From a virus (lineage: Duplodnaviria; Caudoviricetes): a DNA stretch of 64,000 nt. Every line of letters starts with the position of its first letter. Position 1 is the first letter of the stretch. The position numbers and the translations under genes are program-made. Where the stretch lies: IMG/VR virus record IMGVR_UViG_3300025357_000908, positions 32,001-96,000 of that record, one strand, 5' to 3'. The notes below the pieces were generated by a model, which was given only the letters and a program-made list of their open reading frames with translations, was not told where the DNA came from and searched no databases. Positions 18,757 through 29,404 of the stretch are shown here, one piece after another.

Positions 18757-19532
18757 CCCATTTAGCATTAGCACCTAATGGCAACAGTGGTAGATTTGGT
18801 AATCAATTATTTTTAGTTGCCAGTACTATAGGTATAGCACTAAACAATAATATGAAATATGCTTTTCCTGAATGGAAGAACAATATTTACTTTAAAAAGA
18901 AATTGCCGCAATTAGCGCCTGGTACTGGTATAACATATAGCGAGCCGTCCTTTAAGTATACCCCAGTAAATTTTACTGATAAACAATTTGTATATCTTAG
19001 CGGTTACTTTCAAAGCCCTAAGTATTTTCAAAACTATGAAGACACAATAAGAGAGACATTTGAATTTAAAGATAATTTTATTAATAATGTAAAATCTGTA
19101 CTTGATGAAGCAAAATTAGGTACTACGTGTTCAATTCATGTACGTAGAGGAGATTATTTAAACTATACCGATATACATCCGCAGCAGCCGGCTGAATACT
19201 GGAGTAGTGCACAAAAAGTAATAGAAGATCATGAAAATATTAACACATACGTGGTTTTTTCTGATGATATTAACTGGTGTAAGCAAAATAAGCAGCTATT
19301 CAATACTACTGGTAAGAGAGTTGTTTTTATGCAAGGCAGAAACGAAATTGATGATTTTATAGGTATGATGTATTGTGATCACAATATTATTACTAACTCT
19401 ACTTTTTCATGGTGGGCAGCATGGTTAAATACTAATAAAAACAAAGCTGTTGTAATGCCTAAATTATGGTTCGGACCTAAAGGACCACCAGATAGTACAG
19501 ATTTGCAGGTAGAAGGATGGAAAATTATATGA
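18747..19532 (+). CDS. GT11 alpha-1,2-fucosyltransferase-like
   Basis: GRFGNQLF, GYFQS, IHVRRGDY, FSDDINWC, NSTFSWWAAWL. Confidence 0.9.
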   Translation: MQVTHLALAPNGNSGRFGNQLFLVASTIGIALNNNMKYAFPEWKNNIYFKKKLPQLAPGTGITYSEPSFKYTPVNFTDKQFVYLSGYFQSPKYFQNYEDTIRETFEFKDNFINNVKSVLDEAKLGTTCSIHVRRGDYLNYTDIHPQQPAEYWSSAQKVIEDHENINTYVVFSDDINWCKQNKQLFNTTGKRVVFMQGRNEIDDFIGMMYCDHNIITNSTFSWWAAWLNTNKNKAVVMPKLWFGPKGPPDSTDLQVEGWKII

Positions 19533-20350
19533 AAAAAGAACTTTATTTAAAAGATAGTAATTTCGGGCATTGTGCATTCAGCAACAATCCCACACCACCG
19601 GTTAGTTTTTCTGAACATATTATATGGAATCGCGGACCTGCACCTATAGGTGCTGACGTAGTATGTACGGACTGTCATTTAAATGACGGTAATATTGCCT
19701 GGATATTGGAACCATACGAAATTAATTCAGGCCCGTACATACACGTTAAAAATAATAGTTTGAAGTATAAAGAAATTTGGACACATGATAAAGAGCTTTT
19801 AACATTACCTAATGCTAAATGGTATCCGGTTGGAGGGTGTTGGTTAGAAGTACCTGAAAGAAAAATCTACGAAAAGAGCAAAATGTTCTCTATTATAGCT
19901 TCTAATAAGAATCAACTACCAGGTCATCAACTAAGACATCAAATAATACAAGCTTCTGGTAATAAGATAGATGCTTACGGGCATTCTTATACTCAATTTA
20001 AGAAACACTCAATGCATAAAATAGAGGGTTTAGCAGATTACCGTTATCATTTTGCAATTGAAAATTGTAAGAGAGATTTTTATTTTACAGAAAAACTTAT
20101 TGATACCTTGATGTCTGGTACAATTCCTATATACTGGGGATGTCCTTCTATTGATAAGTTCTTTAATACTGACGGCTTTATTATCTTTAATGACTTGTAC
20201 GATTTAAAAGAAAAACTTAAAAATTGTACAGTAGAGTTTTATGATAGTAAGAAAGCAGTTATTGAAGAAAACTTTAAATTAGCTCAAAACTACATCTTAT
20301 CAGAAGACTGGATATATAATAATATACTACAAAATGAAAAGACAATTTGA
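19529..20350 (+). CDS. GT10 alpha-1,3-fucosyltransferase-like
   Basis: YRYHFAIEN...YFTEKLID...GTIPIYWG. Confidence 0.85.
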   Translation: MKKELYLKDSNFGHCAFSNNPTPPVSFSEHIIWNRGPAPIGADVVCTDCHLNDGNIAWILEPYEINSGPYIHVKNNSLKYKEIWTHDKELLTLPNAKWYPVGGCWLEVPERKIYEKSKMFSIIASNKNQLPGHQLRHQIIQASGNKIDAYGHSYTQFKKHSMHKIEGLADYRYHFAIENCKRDFYFTEKLIDTLMSGTIPIYWGCPSIDKFFNTDGFIIFNDLYDLKEKLKNCTVEFYDSKKAVIEENFKLAQNYILSEDWIYNNILQNEKTI

Positions 20351-20648
20351 TACAGGCGCACAAAGAGATACAGATGTTGGTAAGCCGAGAATAAGTTTAG
20401 TACCTCATGAAGAACTTATGAGGGTAGCAAGTCATTTCGTATCTGGCGGTCAAAAGTATGGGTTCAACAACTGGAAAAAGGGCATGAACTCTTCAGTATA
20501 TTATGATAGTGCACAACGCCACTTGATTAAATACTGGCAAGGTGAAGATGATGAAGACCATGCTGCAGCTGCTGTATGGAATATTATGTGTATGATGTGG
20601 ACTGAAAAGAACAAACCAGAATTAGATGATAGAAAAGAATACCAATGA
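20334..20648 (+). CDS. dATP/dGTP diphosphohydrolase domain protein (DUF5664-like)
   Basis: FDTGAQRD...GKPR...GGQKYG.NNWKKG...SAQRHL...EDHAAAAVWN. Confidence 0.8.
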   Translation: MKRQFDTGAQRDTDVGKPRISLVPHEELMRVASHFVSGGQKYGFNNWKKGMNSSVYYDSAQRHLIKYWQGEDDEDHAAAAVWNIMCMMWTEKNKPELDDRKEYQ

Positions 20649-21400
20649 AAATTGATTTAAAAAACTTAACATTTACAGTACCTGTTAGAATTGATAGTGA
20701 AGACAGGGCGTTTAATCTTAACTATATTATTGAGTATTTACTGCATAATTTTGATACAAATATTATTGTATACGAGAACGGGCCTAAGTCTTTATTTAAA
20801 AACAAGTATGATATAACGCATATTTACGAGCAAAATGATGGTATTTTTCATCGCACTCGTTACCTCAATAATATGGCTAAACAGGCTACTACTGATTTTA
20901 TCGCTAACTATGATTGTGATGTGATATTTCCTGTAAAACAAATAGTTAAAGCTTATAACCTACTAAAAAGTAATAATTTAGATTGTGTTTACCCATATAG
21001 CGGGTACTTTGTTAACATTAAACGTGATATTTTAAATGAAATTACAAATTTAGACCCTGTTAATTTAAATCCAGATATATATCAAAATTTTGGTAAAAAT
21101 TCTTTTGGTGGTGCGGTATTTTGGTATAAAAAAGCTTTTATAGAGGGGGGTATGGAAAATGAAAATTGCGTATCTTGGGGATGTGAAGACTGGGAGCGTT
21201 TAAAGCGTTTTGAAATTCTCGGTTATCGTATTGCGAGAGTAAATGGGCCACTGTATCACATTGATCATGCAAGAACTCAGGATAGTAGTGAAGCTAACCC
21301 GTTTTATAATAACAACAGAAAAGAATTTGATAAAATATTAAACTCTAAAAAAGAAGATTTATTAAAATATGTTAGTACGTGGCCTTGGACAAAAACATAA
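20645..21400 (+). CDS. GT-A glycosyltransferase (GT7/GT2-type, galactosyltransferase-like)
   Basis: NYDCD (DxD), FGGAVF, GGMENE, WGCED, LYHIDH. Confidence 0.82.
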   Translation: MKIDLKNLTFTVPVRIDSEDRAFNLNYIIEYLLHNFDTNIIVYENGPKSLFKNKYDITHIYEQNDGIFHRTRYLNNMAKQATTDFIANYDCDVIFPVKQIVKAYNLLKSNNLDCVYPYSGYFVNIKRDILNEITNLDPVNLNPDIYQNFGKNSFGGAVFWYKKAFIEGGMENENCVSWGCEDWERLKRFEILGYRIARVNGPLYHIDHARTQDSSEANPFYNNNRKEFDKILNSKKEDLLKYVSTWPWTKT

Positions 21401-22182
21401 TGAAAAAAGTATACATTACTTTTAGTGGTAGTATCTATGATGATACTACCCGTATAATAGTTCAAGATGGTATAAAATATGGTGCTGATGAAGTTAAGGT
21501 GTACGATGATGTGTGGTTAATGAAACAACCATTTTTTGAACAAAATAAATGGCTCTGGGAACACCCGCACAAAAGAGGATTTGGATGGTACTGTTGGAAA
21601 CCGTTTATAATATATCATGCTTTACAGAACCTACAAGACGGAGATATAGTGTTGTTTACAGATGCTGATTGTTACCCTATTAGTGATTTAAATGTATTGT
21701 TTAATCAATGTGATAAAGATGGTGGTGTAATGTTATTTGCTGCTAACGGACAAACACACTCTTACTGGTGCAAAAAAGATTGCTATATAATAATGGGTCA
21801 AAATGACCCTAAATATTACAACGTACAAGCTGGTGTAGCACGGTTTATGTTATTTCAAAAAGGTAAATGGAAGGCTACACAGTTTTTAATGGAGTGGTTA
21901 ACATATTGCGTTAACCCATTAGCTACAACGTTTGATAAGAGTGTTCTTGCTGAAGAAACGCCTGAATTTATTGAACATAGAACCGAACAAGCAATAATGA
22001 CCAGTCTTGCACACAAGTATGGTTTAAAGCTTTATAGAGAAGCCTGCGGAGCTGGTAACAGGTATAGTTTTGATAAGGAGTTATATGAGCAATTATTCAT
22101 ACAGTTTAATCCTACCGATTTAGTTGGTAGTGAAAAAGCTACAATTAAACCCATAGGCTCTAAGTTTGCTAATGTTAATTGA
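21400..22182 (+). CDS. putative glycosyltransferase
   Basis: RGFGWYCWKPFII, FTDAD (DxD), EHRTEQAI. Confidence 0.65.
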   Translation: MKKVYITFSGSIYDDTTRIIVQDGIKYGADEVKVYDDVWLMKQPFFEQNKWLWEHPHKRGFGWYCWKPFIIYHALQNLQDGDIVLFTDADCYPISDLNVLFNQCDKDGGVMLFAANGQTHSYWCKKDCYIIMGQNDPKYYNVQAGVARFMLFQKGKWKATQFLMEWLTYCVNPLATTFDKSVLAEETPEFIEHRTEQAIMTSLAHKYGLKLYREACGAGNRYSFDKELYEQLFIQFNPTDLVGSEKATIKPIGSKFANVN

Positions 22183-22226
22183 GTTTACAGTAGAAAAAAA
22201 ATAGTTTTATAATATACTATTAAGTA

Positions 22227-24050
22227 ATGCGCTATGTTTATTTCAAACATTTAAAAATTACTAATTTCCTGTCTGTAGGTAAAAGACCGGTAGTTGTAGA
22301 TTTTAAGCCTGGACTAAATATCATTACAGGTAAAAACTATGATAAAGCTGATAGAGCGAATGGCGTTGGAAAGTCCACTATTGCTGACGCAGTGCATTTT
22401 GCTTTGTATGGTAGCACTATACGCGATCTTAAAAAAGAAAACATAGTAAACGATCAAGCACCTGATCAGTTGTGTGAAGTCGAGCTCGAGCTTACATACC
22501 AGCAAGACGGTAAAAATAATGAATGCCGGATATTAAGAACTCTTAATCCTACTAAGTGCTTTTTCTTCGTTAATGGTGAAGATGTTACCAGATCTGGTGT
22601 ACCACAAACTACAGAGCTAATAGTTGATACCATTAAAACATCTTCTGAAATATTTCAAAATAGTGTTGTTATGTCAATTAACACCACGGTGCCATTTATG
22701 GCGCAGAAAAAGATAGAAAAACGTAAGTTTATCGAGGGTATTCTTGGTCTTGAAGTATTTAGTAATATGTTAAGCTTTGCACGTTTTGATTATAATGAAG
22801 CAAAACGTCTGCTCGATATTGAAAGTACAAAGATAGAAGAGACGAACAGGTCTTTAGCCGATGCGGTTAAACAAAAAGAAAATTACGAAGACACTAAAAA
22901 GAAAAGACTTGAAGTACTATTAACACGTCAGTCTAATAACGCTAAGGAATTAGCGAGTATAGATGAAAAGCTTAATAGTTTAGAATCTGTTGATATAGCA
23001 GCAGAAAAACAAATACAAGATAAATTATCTACTTTAAAAACAGCTGAAGGGGTATGTGACCGTAAAATTGCTTCTATTAATAAGATTATTACAGAAGCAG
23101 AAACACATATTAAGCTCAATAATGATCGCATTAAAAAACTTAAAAAAGTAGATAGCAAATGTCCACATTGCGGTAAAGACTTGGCAGAAGCAGTAAATGT
23201 ACAATATGAGAAAGATAAAGCCGAGTGCCAGTTAGAAATACAGAAATATACAGAAGTTATTAGTACACAAAAACCGCTCTTAGTGGATTCCCAAGATCAA
23301 TTAAATAAGGTTGAAAAAGCTATTGTTACAATACAAAAGAAGATAAACGATTTTAATATTCGTAAAAAAGAAGTAGAGAATATTAACAACAGAGTAAAGC
23401 AGCTTAATGAATGGCAAGCTTCGTTAGTTGTAGATATCGATCAACTTAATAAAGACTCTAATAATTTTCAAGATACTATAGATACTATTGTGACAAGGCA
23501 GAACGATATCAAGAAGCAAATCAGCTCATTACAAGAGAGAATAGATATTGTTGAATCCGCTAAATTTATCGTAGACGAAGAAGGTGTAAAATCTTATATT
23601 GTTAAGAAGATATTACAAGTACTAAATATGCGTTTAGCGCAATACTTACGTAGACTTGAAAGTAACAGTATTGTTACATTTAACGAGTTCTTCGAAGAGT
23701 CTATTACTAATGAAAGGGGTAGTCAATGTAGTTACTTTAACTTTTCTGGGGCTGAACGCAAAGCTATCGACCTTGCAATGTTATTTACGTTTCAGGATAT
23801 TCGTAGAGCGCAAGCAGATGTATGGTTAAATTTGAGTATGTTTGATGAGTTATTTGACTCCTCTTTAGATGAAAAAGGCATTGAATTAGTACTTGATATT
23901 CTCAAAGAGAGGGTAGATAATTACAATGAGTCGATTTATATTATTTCTCACCGTAAAGAAAGTAAAAAGTACTGTATTGGTGGGGAGATAGTATATCTTG
24001 AAAAGAAGAATGGTATAACAACAAGAACAACAACTTATGACATTTCCTAA
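22227..24050 (+). CDS. recombination ATPase gp46 (Rad50/SbcC-like)
   Basis: NGVGKST, CPHCG zinc hook in coiled coil, FSGAE, FDELFD, ISH. Confidence 0.95.
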   Translation: MRYVYFKHLKITNFLSVGKRPVVVDFKPGLNIITGKNYDKADRANGVGKSTIADAVHFALYGSTIRDLKKENIVNDQAPDQLCEVELELTYQQDGKNNECRILRTLNPTKCFFFVNGEDVTRSGVPQTTELIVDTIKTSSEIFQNSVVMSINTTVPFMAQKKIEKRKFIEGILGLEVFSNMLSFARFDYNEAKRLLDIESTKIEETNRSLADAVKQKENYEDTKKKRLEVLLTRQSNNAKELASIDEKLNSLESVDIAAEKQIQDKLSTLKTAEGVCDRKIASINKIITEAETHIKLNNDRIKKLKKVDSKCPHCGKDLAEAVNVQYEKDKAECQLEIQKYTEVISTQKPLLVDSQDQLNKVEKAIVTIQKKINDFNIRKKEVENINNRVKQLNEWQASLVVDIDQLNKDSNNFQDTIDTIVTRQNDIKKQISSLQERIDIVESAKFIVDEEGVKSYIVKKILQVLNMRLAQYLRRLESNSIVTFNEFFEESITNERGSQCSYFNFSGAERKAIDLAMLFTFQDIRRAQADVWLNLSMFDELFDSSLDEKGIELVLDILKERVDNYNESIYIISHRKESKKYCIGGEIVYLEKKNGITTRTTTYDIS

Positions 24051-25200
24051 TAACGGCATTATTGGTGCCCCTCAAATGCCTTTTGGTGCACCTGTTGTGG
24101 GTAGCCCATTAACACAGCCCACCCCACCGCCAGTTTCAGTTGTACCGGAAGGTATGAGACGTGCTATAAGTTATGCTGCAGACCACCAAGGGTGCGGGTT
24201 TTGGAGAATGCACTGGGCTGAGTCTATTATTAATGGTAATCAATTGGGTATCATTAATAATAATAATTTTATGATCTTACAGGAGAACTTTTATCAAGGT
24301 ATATCTTGTGTAAGAATACAAAGACAGGTTACACCCACACAGCTACAATTTGTAAGACTTTTAAGAGACATTTCTAATAGAACCAACAATTTTAAGATTT
24401 ATTACGAAATTGATGATGTTATTTTCCCAGAAGATATTCCACTTTATAACAAAGCACGTGAAGCATTTGTTGATCCTGCCATTGGAGCTACTGCAATAGA
24501 AATTATGAAGCTTTGTGATGGTATTACAACGCCTACAGATTACATGTCAAAGTACTACGAAGAAAGAACCGGCGTAAAAGGAATCACACTTCCTAACTAT
24601 ATGCCAAGGTTCTGGATGGATCGTTTTTACAACAAAAATAAGATTTCTGAAAATTACGAATACAATAAAAAACGACCTCGTATCGGTTATGTGGGTAGTC
24701 CAACTCATTTTAATATTGCTGGTACTCCTGGAGTGAAAGACGACTTCGGTGATATATTAGATGTTATTGTAAAAACTGTAAAGCAGTTTAAATGGGTATT
24801 AATGGGCGGTTGCCCTCAGGAGCTTGCTGAATACGTGCGTAGTGGAGATATAGAATATGTAGGCTGGACAAAGCTTTGGGACTACCCTACAGCTTTTAAC
24901 AATTTAAACGTTAATATGGTAATTGCACCACTACAAAACAATAAATTTAATTTAGCAAAAGCTAATATTAAACATATTGAAGCAGGTGCGTTAGGTATAC
25001 CATGTGTTTGTCAAAATTTAGAGCCGTATAAAGAAGCTCCTTTACGGTTCAATACTCCTGATGAAATGATAAGCGTGATTAAAAAAACATTAAGCGACCG
25101 TCGTACTTATTTAACTGAATCGGATATAGCACGTAAAAATGCATGTAAATATTGGTTAGAAGATCATATTGATGAGCATTGCAAACTATATTTCACTTGA
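24037..25200 (+). CDS. GT-B (GT4-like) glycosyltransferase
   Basis: GCGFWR, YEIDD, IGYVGSPTH, IAPLQNNKFNLAKANIKHIEAGALGIP. Confidence 0.75.
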   Translation: MTFPNNGIIGAPQMPFGAPVVGSPLTQPTPPPVSVVPEGMRRAISYAADHQGCGFWRMHWAESIINGNQLGIINNNNFMILQENFYQGISCVRIQRQVTPTQLQFVRLLRDISNRTNNFKIYYEIDDVIFPEDIPLYNKAREAFVDPAIGATAIEIMKLCDGITTPTDYMSKYYEERTGVKGITLPNYMPRFWMDRFYNKNKISENYEYNKKRPRIGYVGSPTHFNIAGTPGVKDDFGDILDVIVKTVKQFKWVLMGGCPQELAEYVRSGDIEYVGWTKLWDYPTAFNNLNVNMVIAPLQNNKFNLAKANIKHIEAGALGIPCVCQNLEPYKEAPLRFNTPDEMISVIKKTLSDRRTYLTESDIARKNACKYWLEDHIDEHCKLYFT

Positions 25201-25232
25201 TATTTTTGTAAAAGGTCACATAATAATGACCT

Positions 25233-27797
25233 GTGTATCGTAACATATATTACAGTCAACGGGATAGTACTTGCCACCTCTTTACTTGGGATAAAGACGG
25301 TAACCGTGTAATCAAAAAGACACCTTACCAGCCTTATTTTTATATAGAGACTAATGCAGAAAGTGCAGACGCTCTTTCTATCTTTAATACTAAATTAAAG
25401 AAAAAAGTATTTAAAAGTAATTTTGATCGTAATAAAGCAGCACAAGACGGGGCAATTAAACGACTTTATCACAATATACAAGTAGAACAGCAATTCCTTA
25501 TTGAAAATTTTAAGGATGAATATGAAAAGCCTGAGTTTTCTGCTAACCCTTTAAAGGTTTGTTTTCTTGATATTGAGGTTTACTCTCCAGATGAGTTTCC
25601 TGAAGCTAAAGACGCTAAACACCCTATCAATCTATTAACGATTTATGATAACTTATCTGAACAATTTTATACCTGGGGGTGTAAGCCTTATACTCCAACT
25701 CGTAGTAACGTTACATATACTGAGTGTACAAGTGAGTACAATCTTTTAGAAAAGTTTTTAGAATTTTGGGAAAACGGTTATTATCCTGATATACTATCCG
25801 GGTGGAATACAGACTTTTTCGATTTTCCTTATCTGATTAACCGTATCAATAACCTTTTAGGTGAAGACGCTGCTAAACGTTTATCTCCTGTAAAAAGTCT
25901 TTGGTGTCGTAAAGGTATATTTGTTAAAGGTCAAGAGTTAGATCGTTGGTACATTCACGGTATTTCAGCAATGGATTATCTTGAAGTGTATAGAGGTTTT
26001 GCGCGTGGTTTATTAGAGTCTTATGCACTAAACTTTGTAGCTCAACACGAATTAGGTGAAGGTAAGTTAGCTATTAATGCTACTAACTTAGCCTCACTAT
26101 CTGAAAACGACTGGAATAACTTTGTAGATTATAATATTCAAGACGTTGATCTATTGGTACGCATGGAAAAGAAACTACAATTCTTTAAGATTATACGTAT
26201 GTTAGCGTACAAAGGATTGACATCGTTTGAAGCAGCTTTAGGTAAAGTATCTATTGTAACTGGCTGTGTTGCCTTACAAGCGTATAAACACGGTATGATT
26301 ATACCTACGTTTGTTGAAGGACCTTTAAGAGAGGAAATCCAGGGTGGTTTTGTAAGAGAACCCGAGAGAGGTCTACAGAGATCGATTGTGAGCTATGACG
26401 CTAACTCACTATACCCTAATACTATAATTACCCTGAATATATCCCCCGAGACGAAGTTCGGTAAGATAGTTAATAAGAACGATAAGGAAGTTATTATTCG
26501 TTATAGTAACAATAAAGAACAACCTATATCACACGAAAAGTTTATACAGTTTATGCAGGTTGAAAAACTTGCACTATCTAAAGCTAATGTTCTTTACACA
26601 CAAAAGAAAAAGGGTGTAGTTCCTGCTTTAATTGACGGTCTTTATAGTGAACGTGTAACAAACAAGAATCAGTATGTTGAGCTTAAAAAGAAACTAAGTA
26701 AATTAACCCCAGATACAGATGAGTACAAAACGTGTAAGTTTAATATGGAACGAGCGGACACTATCCAGCACGTCATCAAGATTCTTCTCAATTCTATCTA
26801 CGGGGTTTTTGCTAATAAGTTTAGCCCTATTTGTGATAGTGATCACGCTGGTAGCATTACTCTTACTGGGCAGTCGGTGGTTAAGCAAGCAAGTGATATC
26901 ATTGATCAATATGCTAAAGAAAAGTTTGGCTACACTGGTAAGTCGTTAACCATATATAACGACACGGATAGTACTCACGTTACTATTCAGCCGTTGTTAG
27001 ACCAGATGAAACTAAACATATTAACCGATAATAAGGTTAACAAAGAAGGTTTAAAATTCATCGATGATGAATTAGGAGTTTATCTTAATAATAACATTAA
27101 ACAATGGGCAAAGGATAAACTAAATTCTGTAGACCCTCGTTACTTCTTTAAACGTGAATCAATTTGTGATGTTGGTGTTTATCTTGAAAAGAAACGTTAC
27201 ATTATACATGTGTTGAACGATGAAGGCGCAGACGTTAATAAGTTTAAGTACGTCGGTGTTGAAATTGCACGCTCTACTACACCTAAGAAAGCTAAAGAAT
27301 TAATTAAGAAGGTTATTGAAAACAGTTTATTGGTACAAGATCAAAATAAGGCTAATGCTATTTATAGAGATGTGTATGACGGTTTTAAATCGTTAACTAT
27401 TGATGACGTAGCTATTAGAGGTGGTTTAAGTGACTTAGAAAAACATGAAGTTCGTTCAGAAGGCTTTAAAATAGCTAAAGGCACACCAAATCACGTAAAA
27501 GGCGCAATTTGGTATAACATGCTATTAAAGCATAGAGGGTTAGAAACAAAGTACGAACGTATTACTTCAGGTGGTAAGGTAAAAAAGATTTATATTGCAC
27601 CTAACAAGTATAATATTGATACTCTTTGCTACCCCGTCAGTTTTCCACCAGAATTAAACGATTTTCAAGTTGATTACGAAGAAATGTTCGATACAATTAT
27701 AGTACCTCCAGTAAAAGCAGTTTATGAAGCTCTTAACTGGCAGTTACCGCAAGTAAACAATCAAGCACAAACAGATTTATTCGACCTATTCACATGA
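25233..27797 (+). CDS. family B DNA polymerase (gp43-like)
   Basis: Exonuclease motifs DIE, GWN..FD.PY, YNIQD; polymerase motifs YDANSLYP, KILLNSIYG, YNDTDS; no intein-sized insert. Confidence 0.97.
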   Translation: MYRNIYYSQRDSTCHLFTWDKDGNRVIKKTPYQPYFYIETNAESADALSIFNTKLKKKVFKSNFDRNKAAQDGAIKRLYHNIQVEQQFLIENFKDEYEKPEFSANPLKVCFLDIEVYSPDEFPEAKDAKHPINLLTIYDNLSEQFYTWGCKPYTPTRSNVTYTECTSEYNLLEKFLEFWENGYYPDILSGWNTDFFDFPYLINRINNLLGEDAAKRLSPVKSLWCRKGIFVKGQELDRWYIHGISAMDYLEVYRGFARGLLESYALNFVAQHELGEGKLAINATNLASLSENDWNNFVDYNIQDVDLLVRMEKKLQFFKIIRMLAYKGLTSFEAALGKVSIVTGCVALQAYKHGMIIPTFVEGPLREEIQGGFVREPERGLQRSIVSYDANSLYPNTIITLNISPETKFGKIVNKNDKEVIIRYSNNKEQPISHEKFIQFMQVEKLALSKANVLYTQKKKGVVPALIDGLYSERVTNKNQYVELKKKLSKLTPDTDEYKTCKFNMERADTIQHVIKILLNSIYGVFANKFSPICDSDHAGSITLTGQSVVKQASDIIDQYAKEKFGYTGKSLTIYNDTDSTHVTIQPLLDQMKLNILTDNKVNKEGLKFIDDELGVYLNNNIKQWAKDKLNSVDPRYFFKRESICDVGVYLEKKRYIIHVLNDEGADVNKFKYVGVEIARSTTPKKAKELIKKVIENSLLVQDQNKANAIYRDVYDGFKSLTIDDVAIRGGLSDLEKHEVRSEGFKIAKGTPNHVKGAIWYNMLLKHRGLETKYERITSGGKVKKIYIAPNKYNIDTLCYPVSFPPELNDFQVDYEEMFDTIIVPPVKAVYEALNWQLPQVNNQAQTDLFDLFT

Positions 27798-28600
27798 TTA
27801 AAATATCTCACGAATCCCCTTTAAGTATGCTCGAGATCTCTCGTACATACAACGATTACGACTACGCTCTCGTACACTTGTTCGAAGAGCACCCAGAATA
27901 TTACAAGTTCTTTGAAGATAGTGTTAAAATGGGTAGACATGTCTTATTAGATAATTCTATCTTTGAATTAGGTGAATCTTTTAACCCTAAACGCTATGCT
28001 TATTGGATTCAAAGACTTAACCCTACTGAGTTTATCGTACCAGACGTATTAGAAGATTGTCAAGGTACTATTGATTCTGCTAAGAAATGCTTGTGGCACG
28101 ATTGGGACTTTGTTACTAACTCTAAAATAATGGGTGTTGTACAGGGTAAGACATATGGTGAATTAGTTAAGTGTTATGTAGCCTTAGACCAAGAGATCGG
28201 TGTAGATAAGTTAGCTATTTCATTTGACTATTCTTATTACCTCAAACTATTCCCACACCCTAACAAATGGGTATCTTATATGATGGGTAGAGTGATGACT
28301 CTTAATCAATTAATGAATGACGGTATTATTAATAAAGATAAACCTCACCACTTATTAGGTTGCGCACACCCAAGAGAATTTAGTTTCTATCAAGGACCTG
28401 AATATAACTGGATCGAGACGTTAGATACATCATCTCCTGTTGTTCACGGTATTAAAAGAGTAAGGTACTCTGATGCTATTGGTAACTGGAAGAAGGAGTC
28501 TACCAAGCTTGTAGATCTTTTAGATGTAATACCGGATGCAATGCAAGAAAAAATCATTGCAAATAATTTAATTGAGTTTAGAAACTACGTTAATGGATGA
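27794..28600 (+). CDS. dpdA: TGT-fold deazaguanine-handling enzyme (DpdA3-like)
   Basis: LLDNSIFE, VPDVLED, MGVVQG, HHLLG, LDTSSP as in TGT/DpdA barrels; overlaps the polymerase stop and precedes formyltransferase and queF. Confidence 0.75.
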   Translation: MIKISHESPLSMLEISRTYNDYDYALVHLFEEHPEYYKFFEDSVKMGRHVLLDNSIFELGESFNPKRYAYWIQRLNPTEFIVPDVLEDCQGTIDSAKKCLWHDWDFVTNSKIMGVVQGKTYGELVKCYVALDQEIGVDKLAISFDYSYYLKLFPHPNKWVSYMMGRVMTLNQLMNDGIINKDKPHHLLGCAHPREFSFYQGPEYNWIETLDTSSPVVHGIKRVRYSDAIGNWKKESTKLVDLLDVIPDAMQEKIIANNLIEFRNYVNG

Positions 28601-28827
28601 CAACATTAGAAGCTATAACCAACTCAGTTTATGCTAACTATCCCCATCTTTTGGCAGATAACGTGTCTATTGTTGATTATTGTTTTTGGGATTGTTTGTC
28701 AAATACGGAGATACCAGTAAAAGAAATGAAAGAAGTCAAAAATTACTTGACTTCTAACGGAATCGTTGATTTTACACTTGTAATTTTCTTTAGTGATAAT
28801 ACAATAGGTTATCGTCTAAAAATATGA
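28597..28827 (+). CDS. hypothetical protein
   Basis: ATGA overlaps on both sides inside the modification operon. Confidence 0.6.
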   Translation: MTTLEAITNSVYANYPHLLADNVSIVDYCFWDCLSNTEIPVKEMKEVKNYLTSNGIVDFTLVIFFSDNTIGYRLKI

Positions 28828-29402
28828 AACGTAACTTAATCTGGAAAGCATTCTTCTCTCAGAGTGGATCTGAAATAAATGAAATATCTAATAAGGTAGA
28901 AAGGTACCCGGATGCAATTATTACTAATAAGAGTTTTGACGATTTAGATAAAATTAACCCCGAATTACTTGAAAAGTGCTTTAATAAGTTCATATTTCTG
29001 CCGAAGAAACCAACTGTAGAAGAATACCGGGAAGCTATTAGACATACTGATGTCATAACGTTACATGGTTATCTTCGTATTCTACCGCCAGAAATATGCG
29101 GTAAATTTAAAATATATAATGGACATCCAGGACTTATAACCAAGTACCCAGAACTAAAAGGTAAAGACCCTCAAGCTAAAACATGGTACGCATACCCTGA
29201 AAAGAAGTACAACACACATGGACATGTTATTCATGAAGTTATACCAGAAGTAGATGCAGGTAGGGTTGTATCTGAAATGCGCTTCAGTACAGAGGATTTA
29301 TATTTAGATTATAAAAGTTTAGATTTATTTACTGAACATTTACATAGCGTAGCAATTCAAAATTGGGTTGGCTTTATGCGTAAAAGCCTATTAAATAAAT
29401 AA
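28824..29402 (+). CDS. PurN-like formyltransferase (putative preQ1 formyltransferase)
   Basis: FFSQSGS, LHGYLRIL, YNGHPGL, GHVIHEV...VDAG (N-x-H-P and Asp of GAR transformylases). Confidence 0.85.
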   Translation: MKRNLIWKAFFSQSGSEINEISNKVERYPDAIITNKSFDDLDKINPELLEKCFNKFIFLPKKPTVEEYREAIRHTDVITLHGYLRILPPEICGKFKIYNGHPGLITKYPELKGKDPQAKTWYAYPEKKYNTHGHVIHEVIPEVDAGRVVSEMRFSTEDLYLDYKSLDLFTEHLHSVAIQNWVGFMRKSLLNK

Positions 29403-29404
29403 TT

